A stretch of 64,000 bases of DNA, taken from NCBI GenBank assembly GCA_963840035.1, contig CAWIXE010000001.1, forward strand, positions 672,001 to 736,000, in the 5' to 3' direction. The notes beneath the pieces are model-generated. The model saw only the letters and a program-made list of their open reading frames with translations. It had not been told where the DNA came from and did no database searches. Positions within the stretch are counted from its first letter, which is position 1, and each line of letters begins with the position of its first letter. Origin of the DNA: a candidate division FCPU426 bacterium. Its GTDB lineage: Bacteria; Oederibacteriota; PGYV01; Palsa-1178. Positions 20,240 through 29,358 of this stretch are shown here, piece by piece. The translations under genes were made by a program, and so were the position numbers.

Positions 20240-20872
20240 TTACTTTTTTTTAACCGGATACGACTCCGGATGTACCATCCCGAAAGAAGCCACCGATTTC
20301 AAACCCTGCTCTACCGTTATGTCCAGATATGAAAGGTCCTCCACCGGTATGACCGCAATTATGCCCTGGGTGGGCGGGGTAAAGGGGACATACACATGGA
20401 CAGCGGGAACCATGACCCCGTCTTTTTCCACGTTCACCGTGGTTGCCGAAGTGACAAAGCCAAACCTGTTCATTCCGAAAGTCGGGGATTTTATGAGCAC
20501 CACGTCCCTGAATGTATTTTTATCCCCGGCAAAAAGGGAACTGCTTATTTCTTTTAAGGCGTTGAATACATTGCCCAAAAGCGGGATTTTGGAGAATATG
20601 CCTTCATAAACATTGATGGCCCGTTTTACAAAAATATTCCTCGCGAGCATGCCCGTCAGCCAGATAAGGGATAAAAGTACTATTACCCCGATGCCCTTTA
20701 TGTATCCGTCCTCAAGGTATGATCTGAGGATATTCCCCAGTATCTTATCCAGGGCGTTAAAGGCGATAATGGAAAAGTAAATGGTAAGGGCGAGCGGGAG
20801 TATGACGGCGAGCCCCGCAAAAAAATTCTTCATAAGGCCTTCCTGGAATTTCTTAAAGAATGAATCCTGCAT
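20240..20872 (-). CDS. DUF502 family membrane protein
   Basis: FFAGLAVILPLALT, KIPLLG, VYVPFTPPTQG; ATG 20872 preceded by AAGGAGG. Confidence 0.85.
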   Translation of the reverse strand: MQDSFFKKFQEGLMKNFFAGLAVILPLALTIYFSIIAFNALDKILGNILRSYLEDGYIKGIGVIVLLSLIWLTGMLARNIFVKRAINVYEGIFSKIPLLGNVFNALKEISSSLFAGDKNTFRDVVLIKSPTFGMNRFGFVTSATTVNVEKDGVMVPAVHVYVPFTPPTQGIIAVIPVEDLSYLDITVEQGLKSVASFGMVHPESYPVKKK

Positions 20873-21063
20873 ATTGGCCTCCTTAAAAACCGTTTTAATT
20901 ATTTTACATTGTCCGGGCGGGAAAGCAAGAGAATATGGGAGGAGGAGAGGGAGAGACAGGAGATAGGAGACAAGAGACAAGAGACAGGAGGCAGTAGTAA
21001 GACAAATAACAACGTATTACTCCAGTCTCTTGTCTCCTATCTCCTGTCTCACGCAAATTTTTC

Positions 21064-21113
21064 TTGACTTTATAGTATACAAGATGTATACTTTACACAA
21101 ATAAAGTATACAG
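21064..21113 (+). promoter_or_regulatory. Promoter overlapped by palindromic operator AGTATACA-aga-TGTATACT
   Basis: TTGACT-N17-TATACT; palindrome 21074-21092; identical 22-mer at 52229. Confidence 0.7.
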
Positions 21114-21131
21114 AACAAAAAGGAGGCTTAC

Positions 21132-21278
21132 ATGAAACTAAACAGCAATGAAAAAGAGGTTATAAGGGAAAGACGGGCTTACAAGGCCCGCAGGCTGCGG
21201 GCTTTCCGCAAGTTAAGGCGCTTAGTGCAGGTCAATGTGAAGTTCGGGGATATTTTTTGGGAATTGAGGGCCTGCTGA
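21132..21278 (+). CDS. Small Arg-rich protein (48 aa), not in the ORF track
   Basis: AGGAGG RBS 21121-21126; MKLNSNEKEVIRERRAYKARRLRAFRKLRRLVQVNVKFGDIFWELRAC. Confidence 0.5.
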   Translation: MKLNSNEKEVIRERRAYKARRLRAFRKLRRLVQVNVKFGDIFWELRAC

Positions 21279-21327
21279 AAACCGGAATCAGGGGCTTTAT
21301 TAGTAAAAAAAAATATGGAGGGGTCTT

Positions 21328-21594
21328 ATGAGTGAACAGGAAGCAGTTTTTTCAAAGGCAGTAAGTTCGGGAAAGAAAAAGTACTATATGGACGTGAAGA
21401 AAGCCAAGAACGGGAACCTGTACATGACCATCAAGGAAGTCACGATGGGCGATACAGCCGAGGCAAAGGAGCAGCGCAGGATACTTGTTTTTGATGACGC
21501 CATAAAAGATTTTGCGGCGGCTTTTGACGCGGCAAAACAACACATACCCAACAGGGAAAGGGCAAAACCGCCGATGGAAAAAGCGGCGTTTTAA
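21328..21594 (+). CDS. DUF3276 / PUR-like ssDNA/RNA-binding protein
   Basis: VFSKAV.SGKKKYYMDVKKAKNGNLYMTIKE..RRILVF. Confidence 0.85.
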   Translation: MSEQEAVFSKAVSSGKKKYYMDVKKAKNGNLYMTIKEVTMGDTAEAKEQRRILVFDDAIKDFAAAFDAAKQHIPNRERAKPPMEKAAF

Positions 21595-21606
21595 AAGGAA
21601 GGGATT

Positions 21607-21640
21607 TTAAAGGCGGCAGGCCGGTCTGCCGCCTTTTACT
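21607..21640 (+). terminator. Intrinsic terminator
   Basis: aaaggcggcag-loop-ctgccgcctttt. Confidence 0.75.
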
Positions 21641-21746
21641 TTTGTGGGGCGGGGTATAAGGGTAAGGATTAGGGGTTGAGGAGGAAGAAAAAATACTGTA
21701 GAGAGGCGGCTTGCTGCCTCTTTAGGCGGGCACTTTTGTTTTTGTA

Positions 21747-21809
21747 TTCAAGGTCGCAATTTGCGACCTTGAACGATACCCGTTTGAGGTACCAAATTGG
21801 CACCTCAAA
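21747..21809. repeat. Two non-coding 27-bp palindromes homologous to the ORF6N internal repeat
   Basis: ttcaaggtcgcaatttgcgaccttgaa and tttgaggtaccaaattggcacctcaaa, 36-bp period. Confidence 0.85.
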
Positions 21810-21935
21810 GCGGATTATGTCCTAAAATGTTTTGTGGTCGCAAGCCTGCGTTCCACCGGTCTGCGCCTATATTAGGCATTGAAATATGCAATCGAAAGAA
21901 AATCCTGCAAATCTAAAATTTAGGGGGAGATAGGT

Positions 21936-22472
21936 ATGACGGATATGATACCAATCGAAAATATTGCACAGAAGATTTATGTTATAAGGGGACAAAAGGT
22001 AATGTTAGACAGCAATCTTGCGGTGTTTTATGGAGTGGAAACAAAGGTTTTAAATCAGGCGGTAAAAAGAAATCTGGACCGTTTTCCTGAAAACTTTATG
22101 TTTCAATTGTCCATAGAAGAAAGCAGTTCTTTAAGGTCACAAATTGTGACCTTAAACGACACGACTTTGAGGTCACAAATTGTGACCTCAAAGAGAGGAG
22201 GCAGGACATACCTTCCCTACGCTTTTACCGAGCACGGCGTGGTCATGCTATCCAGCGTCCTTAAAAGCAAAAAAGCCGCGCAGGTCAGCATTGCCGTGGT
22301 AAACGCTTTTATTAAGATGAGGGAATACCTGGCAACGCATAAACAGATACTGGACAAGCTAAAAAAACATGACGAGAACTTTGTAATAATTTTTAATTTT
22401 TTAAAGAAATTGTCTGACAAACCGAAACCGCAGCCAAAACAGATAGGTTTCAGGCAGGTGAAGGATTTGTAG
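21936..22472 (+). CDS. ORF6N-domain (KilA-N-like) DNA-binding protein
   Basis: IRGQKVMLDS.LA.FYGVETKVLNQAVKRN..RFPENFMFQL, LPYAFTEHGV.MLSSVL, C-terminal IGF. Confidence 0.9.
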   Translation: MTDMIPIENIAQKIYVIRGQKVMLDSNLAVFYGVETKVLNQAVKRNLDRFPENFMFQLSIEESSSLRSQIVTLNDTTLRSQIVTSKRGGRTYLPYAFTEHGVVMLSSVLKSKKAAQVSIAVVNAFIKMREYLATHKQILDKLKKHDENFVIIFNFLKKLSDKPKPQPKQIGFRQVKDL

Positions 22473-22798
22473 TCGCAGGCCTGCGTATCATCGGCCTGCG
22501 CCTATTCAAGTAATAGAAGGACGCAGCCCATCGAAAGTTAACCAACGCGCGCTACAATCATAAAGGACTTCATATAAGGCTAAGGTTTAGGGGTTAAGGA
22601 GGAAGAAAGATATTCCGTAGAGACGCCACCCGCTCATGGCCCTGAGTGAATCGAAGGTCGGGTCCCGTCTCTACGAAATACATGCGGATTGCATTTGGTA
22701 TTAATATTTATAATCACTGTAGAGAGGCGGCTTGCTGCCTCTCAAGGCAGGCACTGCGTCTGAGAGGGGGCAAGCCCCCTCTCTACAATTACATGTTT

Positions 22799-23059
22799 TT
22801 TAAGGTCACAAAATGAGACCTTAAACGAAGCTTCATTGAAGTCACAATCTGTGACCTCAAACAAGTACCCATTTGAGGTGCCAAATTGACACCTCAAACC
22901 GCAGGCAAAACATATATGCTTCAGGCAGGTAAAAGACGGGGAGTAAAAGCAGTGTTTGATATTCCGTTTTAGAATATCAAGTCTCAAGGCTGCGAGACGG
23001 GTACGGGTCTCGTCTCTACGATTTCTTACGGTTCAAGGTCACAATTTGTGACCTTGAAC
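22799..23059. repeat. Four further non-coding copies of the 27-bp palindrome, interleaved with GTAG REPs
   Basis: Copies at 22799-22825, 22835-22861, 22872-22898, 23032-23058. Confidence 0.85.
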
Positions 23060-23061
23060 GT

Positions 23062-23469
23062 TTATTTAACTTTCTCCTTCAAAAACGGCCCCAGTTTTAT
23101 ATCCGTGGTCATGATGTGGTTTATGACCCAGCCTGTGAGCCAGTTGTAGGTCTTTATGACGTCCGCGCTTGTGACCGCCGCGGCACTTAACTTTTCCTTT
23201 TTTTCCAGGAACTCCGCCACCAGTTTTTCATGCTCGGCTTTATGCAACTCATAACCGGGGTAATTGTATTTCTTCATGAGGCCTTCCTCGGTGCCGAAAT
23301 GCACCACGACATAGTCCTGTATGAACTGCAAAACCTGCGTGAGCCTGTCGCGGCCCTTGCCTTCGGCCATGGCGGATAAAAGGGCGTTAACATGGTTTAT
23401 GAGTTCCTTATGCTGGTCGTCTATCAGGTTAAAGTGTACGGACAGGCTTTCTTTCCATTCAGCTCTCAT
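23062..23469 (-). CDS. Bacteriohemerythrin
   Basis: W..SLSV...IDDQHKEL, HFGTEE, HKAEH, WVINHIMTTD. Confidence 0.92.
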   Translation of the reverse strand: MRAEWKESLSVHFNLIDDQHKELINHVNALLSAMAEGKGRDRLTQVLQFIQDYVVVHFGTEEGLMKKYNYPGYELHKAEHEKLVAEFLEKKEKLSAAAVTSADVIKTYNWLTGWVINHIMTTDIKLGPFLKEKVK

Positions 23470-23591
23470 AAGCGCCTCCGGGGTTTTAGTCTCATATAAT
23501 TATATTTGCGGGCTGAATCAAAGTCAAGTTTGTATTTTCCGGCAGGAGTGATATAATACTTGCAGGAATAAAATAACGCCATGAGGGACAC

Positions 23592-24560
23592 ATGAAAAAA
23601 ATATGCGCGGTAATGATGCTTTTATTCGCCTTCACAGCACTGCGGGCCTCGGTAGGGATAACTAACGAGGTTTCAGCGGCAAAGGGTTATATTTCCTATA
23701 GCCTCGGCGTTTCAACGGATGACGAACCCTTCTCCATAAACGGCACGCTGGACCTCTCGGGAAGCGAAGGCCATAACTTCACTTTTGGAGCCGGCGCAGG
23801 CGGTTATTACACGGTAAATGATAATCTAAGTTTTAACCTCGGGGTTAACTATACGGGAAATACTTCGTATCCTGTCTATAAGACTATAATAACATTTGCC
23901 AAGGATTATTACGTATCCTATAAGCAGACATTAAAGGCATGGTCCATAAACCCGGGCGTGGACGCTCAAATTGATTTTTTTAAAATTTCGCCGTACTGCG
24001 GCGTGACATTTAACGGGTTGGGCGGATACCTTGAAATAGACGCTGTCCAGGGAGCCGGAAATTACACTAAAAAAATAGCGGAGAGCAATTTTGTGGAATA
24101 CGCGCCGGGCACCGGGATTTCCTTTAAACTTCCCGAGAAGTTCAGGCTTTCAATGGGCGGGACCGTAAACTTTTATAATGTAAACGTCAGGGAGATACTC
24201 GACGCGGGCACATCCACCATCACCGCAAGGTCGCAGACATTAAACCAGGAAGCGTTAAAGACCGCCGTAACTTTTAATGACTTCAGCCTCTCCACAGGGC
24301 TTTCAAAAACAATTGACGACCTGTACCTGAAGGTGTCGCTCAACTACTCAAAATACAGGACGCCCTCCGCCGAGACAGCGTTCGGACACAGCGCGGGAAT
24401 AACGTTGGCGGGTAGCTATGATATCAATGATAACTGCACACTGGGATTAAAGCTGGAAGGCTCCAGGTCATACTACACAGACGGTACTTTTGCCAACAGC
24501 GCGTATATATACCTGGACGCGGATTTTTATATAACAGGGGAAGAAAAAACAGGGGAGTAA
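23592..24560 (+). CDS. Putative outer-membrane beta-barrel protein
   Basis: Signal peptide; alternating aromatic/Gly beta-strand pattern. Confidence 0.65.
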   Translation: MKKICAVMMLLFAFTALRASVGITNEVSAAKGYISYSLGVSTDDEPFSINGTLDLSGSEGHNFTFGAGAGGYYTVNDNLSFNLGVNYTGNTSYPVYKTIITFAKDYYVSYKQTLKAWSINPGVDAQIDFFKISPYCGVTFNGLGGYLEIDAVQGAGNYTKKIAESNFVEYAPGTGISFKLPEKFRLSMGGTVNFYNVNVREILDAGTSTITARSQTLNQEALKTAVTFNDFSLSTGLSKTIDDLYLKVSLNYSKYRTPSAETAFGHSAGITLAGSYDINDNCTLGLKLEGSRSYYTDGTFANSAYIYLDADFYITGEEKTGE

Positions 24561-24607
24561 ACATATGTGTTTTATACGTAGAAAAATAAAACGTTGCTGT
24601 TAAAAAC

Positions 24608-25200
24608 TCAAGACGCCCACAAGGGGCGTCTCTAAGGGTTTTGTCATTATTTGGATCTTCAAAAACTTGTAGAGACGGGCCTCGTACCCGTCTAAAACGG
24701 GGTCACAACACGTTGAAAAGCGAGACGCCCACAAGGGGCGTCTCTACGGGTTTTTTACATTAATCGGGCTTTTAAAAACCTGTAGAGACGGGCCTTGTGC
24801 CCGTCTAAAACGGGGTCACAGCGCGTTGAAAAGCGAGACGCCCACGAGGGGCGTCTCTACGGGGTTTTGATATTAATCGAGCCTTTAAAAACCTGTAGAT
24901 ACGGGCCTTGTGCCCGTCTAAAACTGGGTCACAACACGTTGAAAAGCGAGACGCCCACGAGGGGCGTCTCTACGGGTTTTGTCATTATTTGGACCTTCAA
25001 AAACCTGTAGAGACGGGCCTTGTGCCCGTCTAAAACGGGGTCACAACACGTTGAAAAGCGAGACGCCCACAAGGGGCGTCTCTACGGGTTTTGTCATTAT
25101 TTTGACCTTCAAAAACCTGTAGAGACGGGCCTCGTGCCCGTCTAAAACGGGGTCACAGCGCGTTGAAAAGCGAGACGCCCACGAGGGGCGTCTCTACGGG
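24608..25200. repeat. Tandem array of 112-113 bp REP-doublet units (BIME-like), five full units plus a partial
   Basis: GTAG-footed hairpin starts at 24669, 24782, 24895, 25007, 25119; each unit also has AGACGCCC..GGGCGTCTCTAC. Confidence 0.9.
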
Positions 25201-25334
25201 GTTTTGTTTGATACCTTGGATGTTGCCATTTTAACCACTTGTTTCATTATTTTTTCAAATCCGCTTTATTGACAACATACCCCCCTTATTGTTATAATAA
25301 CTAATACATTTATCCAGTTAAATCAGGAGGGCTT

Positions 25335-25976
25335 ATGGCAACTGCGGTTAAAAAAGAAAAACCTAAAATGTCCCTTGAACAGCTCCAGATCGGGGTTTTT
25401 ATCCTTATCGGCGCTGTAATCGGGGTGATCTTAAGTTTCTTTATTTTTAAGGGAGTATTTGAGGCTTACCTTGCCATGCAGCGCAAGTATATAGACGAAG
25501 ACTGGTCAAAGGTGGAATACTTTACCAACAGGATAACAGACCAGGTTATAAACCTTCGCAAGATGCTCTTGGTGGACAAGGCAAAGGCGGATTATGACAA
25601 GATAGACTCAATAATCGACCTGCGCAGCAGGGTAATCGGCGGCGACACACTGCAGGATAAAATACCGCTCATGAAAGAACTGATAATAAGTTCCGAGGAG
25701 ATAATTTCCTACTATAACAGCAGGATGGACTTAAGAAGGAAGCATTTTACATACATAGAATGGGGCATGGCCACGCAGCCGCTCCTGGAAGAATTCAACG
25801 ACAGCGTAAACGCGTATAATGTTTCCGCTGATGATTTTAACGGCAAGATCCGCATAGTCCCTTATTCGTGGATAGCGGACCTGAAGAAATATAAGAGACT
25901 GCCGCTTGTAAAAGGGCTCTTATTGACATCGGTGCAGACGGCTACTGAAGAGTACACCAAGAAGAAAGAGGAGTAG
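25335..25976 (+). CDS. LemA-like protein
   Basis: N-terminal TM, W..VE..R, FNDSV.AYN...IR.VP..WIA; AGGAGG RBS; TTGACA-N18-TATAAT at 25269-25298. Confidence 0.7.
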   Translation: MATAVKKEKPKMSLEQLQIGVFILIGAVIGVILSFFIFKGVFEAYLAMQRKYIDEDWSKVEYFTNRITDQVINLRKMLLVDKAKADYDKIDSIIDLRSRVIGGDTLQDKIPLMKELIISSEEIISYYNSRMDLRRKHFTYIEWGMATQPLLEEFNDSVNAYNVSADDFNGKIRIVPYSWIADLKKYKRLPLVKGLLLTSVQTATEEYTKKKEE

Positions 25977-26339
25977 CTCTTCGGAGGAAAGTCCGGACTC
26001 CATGAAGCACGGTTCCGGGTGAAAATCCGGGCATGCAGGGGCAATCCTGCATGATGGAAAGTGCAACAGAAAATAACCGCCACGGGTCAAACCGTGGTAA
26101 GGGTGAAAAGGCGGGGTAAGAGCCCACCGCGCTTGACCGTAAGGTCAGCGGCTATGAAAACCCAACCGGGAGCAAGGCCAAATAGAGGGCAAATGCCTGG
26201 ACCCTAACAGGTTCAGGCGGGAACAGTTTCATTCCTTATGCCCGGGTAGGCCGCTTAGAGTAATTGCCGTCACCTGTCACAGCGCAAGCTGCGGCGGGGA
26301 CAGAATCCGGCTTACGCGCCGGTGTCAATAAGAACCCTT
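25912..26339 (+). ncRNA. rnpB: RNase P RNA (bacterial type A)
   Basis: GAGGAAAGTCCGGACT, GGAAAGTGCAACAGAAA, AAGGGTGAAAAGGCGGGGTAAGAGCCCACCGC, GAGCAAGGCCAAATAG, ACAGAATCCGGCTTA; P1 25912-25935 pairs with 26316-26339. Confidence 0.95.
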
Positions 26340-26470
26340 AAAAACTTAAGAGCGTTCGAAGGGCGGAGTTCGGGGTTCGGAGTTGGAAAGGCAAAATGTT
26401 ATGTTTAGCCTTTGTTCGAACTTCGAACCCCGAACTCCACCCTTCGAACGCTTTTACATTGAGAGGTTTC

Positions 26471-27277
26471 ATGTACAACCTAACCGACCTTCATCTTCAC
26501 ACAAAGTTTTCATGGGATGCCGAACAGACCATGGAAGAGATAGTTAAAAAAGCCTATAAGGAAGACATTGAGTTTATAGGATTTACAGAACACCTTGACT
26601 TCCATAAAAATCACCCGGACAGTTTCATGTTTCTGGATTATGAGAAGTACACGAAGGCTTTTCACCATGTCAAAAAGGATTTCCCCGGGCTAATCAAAGG
26701 CGTGGAAGTGGGGGAACCGAATTTATATACGGATCTTTATGAGAAGTGGATGGAAGGAAAGGAATTTGACTTTATCATGGCCTCCACCCACTGGATAGAC
26801 GGCGCAACCCCGGTCTTTGAGGAATATTTTAAAAGGTACAAATCATATGACGACGCTTATAAAAAGTATTTTGAGGAATTATACAAGCTCGTTTCATACG
26901 GAAAGTTTGACGTGGCGGCGCACTTAACCCTCGTGCACAGGCAGGGGAAGAACCTGTATAAGGAATACTCCTATGAAAAATACAAAAAGGAACTGGATGA
27001 TATTTTAAAGATAATAATATCCAAAAATATCGCGCTTGAGGTGAACTGCTCGGGTTTAAGGTTCCCTTCAAAGGAACTCATACCTGACGAGGATGTCATA
27101 AAGGCGTATATGAAACTCGGAGGCAATTCGTTCATGATGGGTTCCGACAGCCACAGGGTGAGGGACTCGTTCTTCGGGTTAAATGAGGGGTACGCGGTCT
27201 TAGCGCGGCTGGGTGTAAAGGAAGTTACGATATTTGAGAAACGCAGGCAGGTAAAAGTGCCTTTAATAAAGGAATAA
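26471..27277 (+). CDS. PHP-family phosphatase (histidinol-phosphatase HisJ-like)
   Basis: DLHLHTKFS.D, FTEH, GVEVG, ALEVN.SG, GSDSH; start moved to ATG 26471. Confidence 0.88.
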   Translation: MYNLTDLHLHTKFSWDAEQTMEEIVKKAYKEDIEFIGFTEHLDFHKNHPDSFMFLDYEKYTKAFHHVKKDFPGLIKGVEVGEPNLYTDLYEKWMEGKEFDFIMASTHWIDGATPVFEEYFKRYKSYDDAYKKYFEELYKLVSYGKFDVAAHLTLVHRQGKNLYKEYSYEKYKKELDDILKIIISKNIALEVNCSGLRFPSKELIPDEDVIKAYMKLGGNSFMMGSDSHRVRDSFFGLNEGYAVLARLGVKEVTIFEKRRQVKVPLIKE

Positions 27278-27401
27278 AGGCAGTCTCAATAATCTCAATG
27301 ATCTCAGAGGTCTCAATAGGAAATGCAGCGGTTGTAAGCATTTACTATTGAGATCATTGAGGCTTCTGAGATCACTGAGACCGCATTATAAAAGGAGCAA
27401 T

Positions 27402-28415
27402 ATGAAAATCTACAAGAACAACATCAACACCGCAAAGCCTTTTGTCACAAAAGATTCATCCATAATACGCTCCATCCTCGACCTCTCCAACGCGAAGGTA
27501 AAGAACGTTTCCCTTGCCGAGGCTGTGGTAAAGCCGGGCATGACAACACTTGCGCATGAGCACCGGGCAACAGAGGAGATTTACTATTTTACTTCAGGCA
27601 GCGGCAGGATGAAACTCGGAAAAAAGACATTCCCGGTGAAAACCGGCGACGGCGTGCTGATACCTCCGGGCACGAGCCACAAACTTTTTAACACGGGAAA
27701 AAAAGACCTCAGCCTTTTATGCGCGTGCGCGCCGCCTTACTCGCACGAGGACACATTTACTTCCGAGTCAAAATACAAGCTCATCATATTTGATTTTGAC
27801 GGCACGCTTGTGGACTCCGCAACCGGTATCTGGGCTACGGCAAACGCCATGGCAAAGAAGTTCGGGGTAAAGCAGTTTAAGAGGGATATCATTATCGGCG
27901 CTGTGGGCACCGGGCTTGACAGTTTCCTGCACGACCTGTTTCCTGCCAAAGAAAAGGAAATCGGAAACAAGGAACTCATAAAAATATACCGCGCCATATA
28001 TGACGTTAAGTATAAGCAGGGGCTTAAAATTTACAAAAACGTAAAAGAAACTCTTGGATTCCTTTACGCGAAGGGCATGATACTGGCAATAGCTTCAAAT
28101 AAGTTAAAGCGGTATGTTGTGGACATCAATAAGGAAGTCGGCATAGACGGATTTTTTGACATAACCCTCGGCAGCGCGGATGTAAAGCGGCGCAAACCGG
28201 ACCCTTTTGTGGTCCACCACCTCATGAAAAAATATAAGGTTAAGGCAAAAGAAGTGCTCTTTGTCGGCGACAGCCAGTATGACGTCCAGACGGCCAAAAA
28301 CGCCGGCGTGGACTGCGCTTACCTGGAATACGGCTACGCGGATAAGAAAATCATTAAGAAACTGAAACCGGAATACGTCCTGGAAGGATTCAAACAACTC
28401 CGGGAAATAATATAA
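27402..28415 (+). CDS. Cupin domain fused to HAD phosphatase (Gph-like)
   Basis: HEH..TEEIYY..G.G..IPPG..H cupin; FDFDGTLVDS, KPDP, VGDSQYD; AAGGAG RBS. Confidence 0.88.
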   Translation: MKIYKNNINTAKPFVTKDSSIIRSILDLSNAKVKNVSLAEAVVKPGMTTLAHEHRATEEIYYFTSGSGRMKLGKKTFPVKTGDGVLIPPGTSHKLFNTGKKDLSLLCACAPPYSHEDTFTSESKYKLIIFDFDGTLVDSATGIWATANAMAKKFGVKQFKRDIIIGAVGTGLDSFLHDLFPAKEKEIGNKELIKIYRAIYDVKYKQGLKIYKNVKETLGFLYAKGMILAIASNKLKRYVVDINKEVGIDGFFDITLGSADVKRRKPDPFVVHHLMKKYKVKAKEVLFVGDSQYDVQTAKNAGVDCAYLEYGYADKKIIKKLKPEYVLEGFKQLREII

Positions 28416-28427
28416 GGCGGGGCATAA

Positions 28428-29348
28428 GTGGAGCTGATCGCGAACTCAATTATACCGGTATTCATACTTGTAGCGCTGGGGTACTGGTTTAAAAGGGCGA
28501 AATTTATAGAGGATGTGACTGAAAAATTCCTGAATAACCTGGCATATTACCTGGTCCTTCCTGCCATGGTATTTGCCTCCATATATAAATCCCCGTTTGA
28601 GAAAATATTTTCGCTTAAAATGATAGCCGGGCTTTATCTGGCCGCGTTTGCCGTATTTGTGCTGGCTGCGGCTGCTGCGTCATTTTATCCGAAGGAAAAG
28701 CGCGGTTCTTTTGTCCTTCCGTCTTTCAGGACAAATATCGCGTATATAGGCTTCCCCATTATTTTACACGCCTATGGACAGCTGGCTCTGGCGGAGATCG
28801 GCGTTATTACCGGGTTTATGGCGCCGTTCATGATAATTCTTTCCATCATTTATCTGAATATAATGAACAAGGATAACGGCACGCACAAAGCATCAATCCT
28901 ATATTACATAATATCCGACCCGCTGGTAATCAGCTCCATAGTGGGGCTTGTATTTTCATACTTTAAGATCGGCCTTCCGGTGTTCCTGTCAAATACCGTG
29001 GAAATGGTTTCTTCCATGGGGTCGCCGCTGATGCTCATTGCCGTGGGCGCCGGACTGAAGATTTCCACCATAAAAAAAGACAGGTGGCATGTTATCCTTG
29101 CCACGTCTTTAAAACTTTTCATACAGCCGCTTTTCGCGTGGCTTATTTTTACATTTTTCATTATTTTGCCTTCGCCGCTGGATTTTAAGGTCGCGGTCAT
29201 GACTTTTACATTTCCGTCAGCGCTTTCCACATACATAATGGTGAAGCAGTATAAAGGCGATGGCGAGCTTACAGCGGCGATAATAATGGTTACAACGCTG
29301 CTTTCAATCCTGACAATGTCAGGCTGGATATTATTTTTAGGGAAGTGA
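28428..29348 (+). CDS. AEC family transporter
   Basis: ~10 TM; LVLPAMVF, NIAYIGFP, PLMLIAVG, PSA. Confidence 0.88.
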   Translation: MELIANSIIPVFILVALGYWFKRAKFIEDVTEKFLNNLAYYLVLPAMVFASIYKSPFEKIFSLKMIAGLYLAAFAVFVLAAAAASFYPKEKRGSFVLPSFRTNIAYIGFPIILHAYGQLALAEIGVITGFMAPFMIILSIIYLNIMNKDNGTHKASILYYIISDPLVISSIVGLVFSYFKIGLPVFLSNTVEMVSSMGSPLMLIAVGAGLKISTIKKDRWHVILATSLKLFIQPLFAWLIFTFFIILPSPLDFKVAVMTFTFPSALSTYIMVKQYKGDGELTAAIIMVTTLLSILTMSGWILFLGK

Positions 29349-29358
29349 TTTTGATGCT

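Noticed and set aside
21747..22898. DGR template/variable repeat or TIGR-type guide array (36-nt period, 9-nt linkers)
   Set aside because: Differences are compensatory, not adenine-specific; no reverse transcriptase or Nop-domain gene in the window; at most three units in tandem.
24795..25010. 71-aa ORF
   Set aside because: Lies wholly within the REP tandem array.
24608..25200. CRISPR array
   Set aside because: Inter-repeat segments are near-identical rather than unique spacers, the unit is 112-113 bp with GTAG-REP hairpins, and there are no cas genes.
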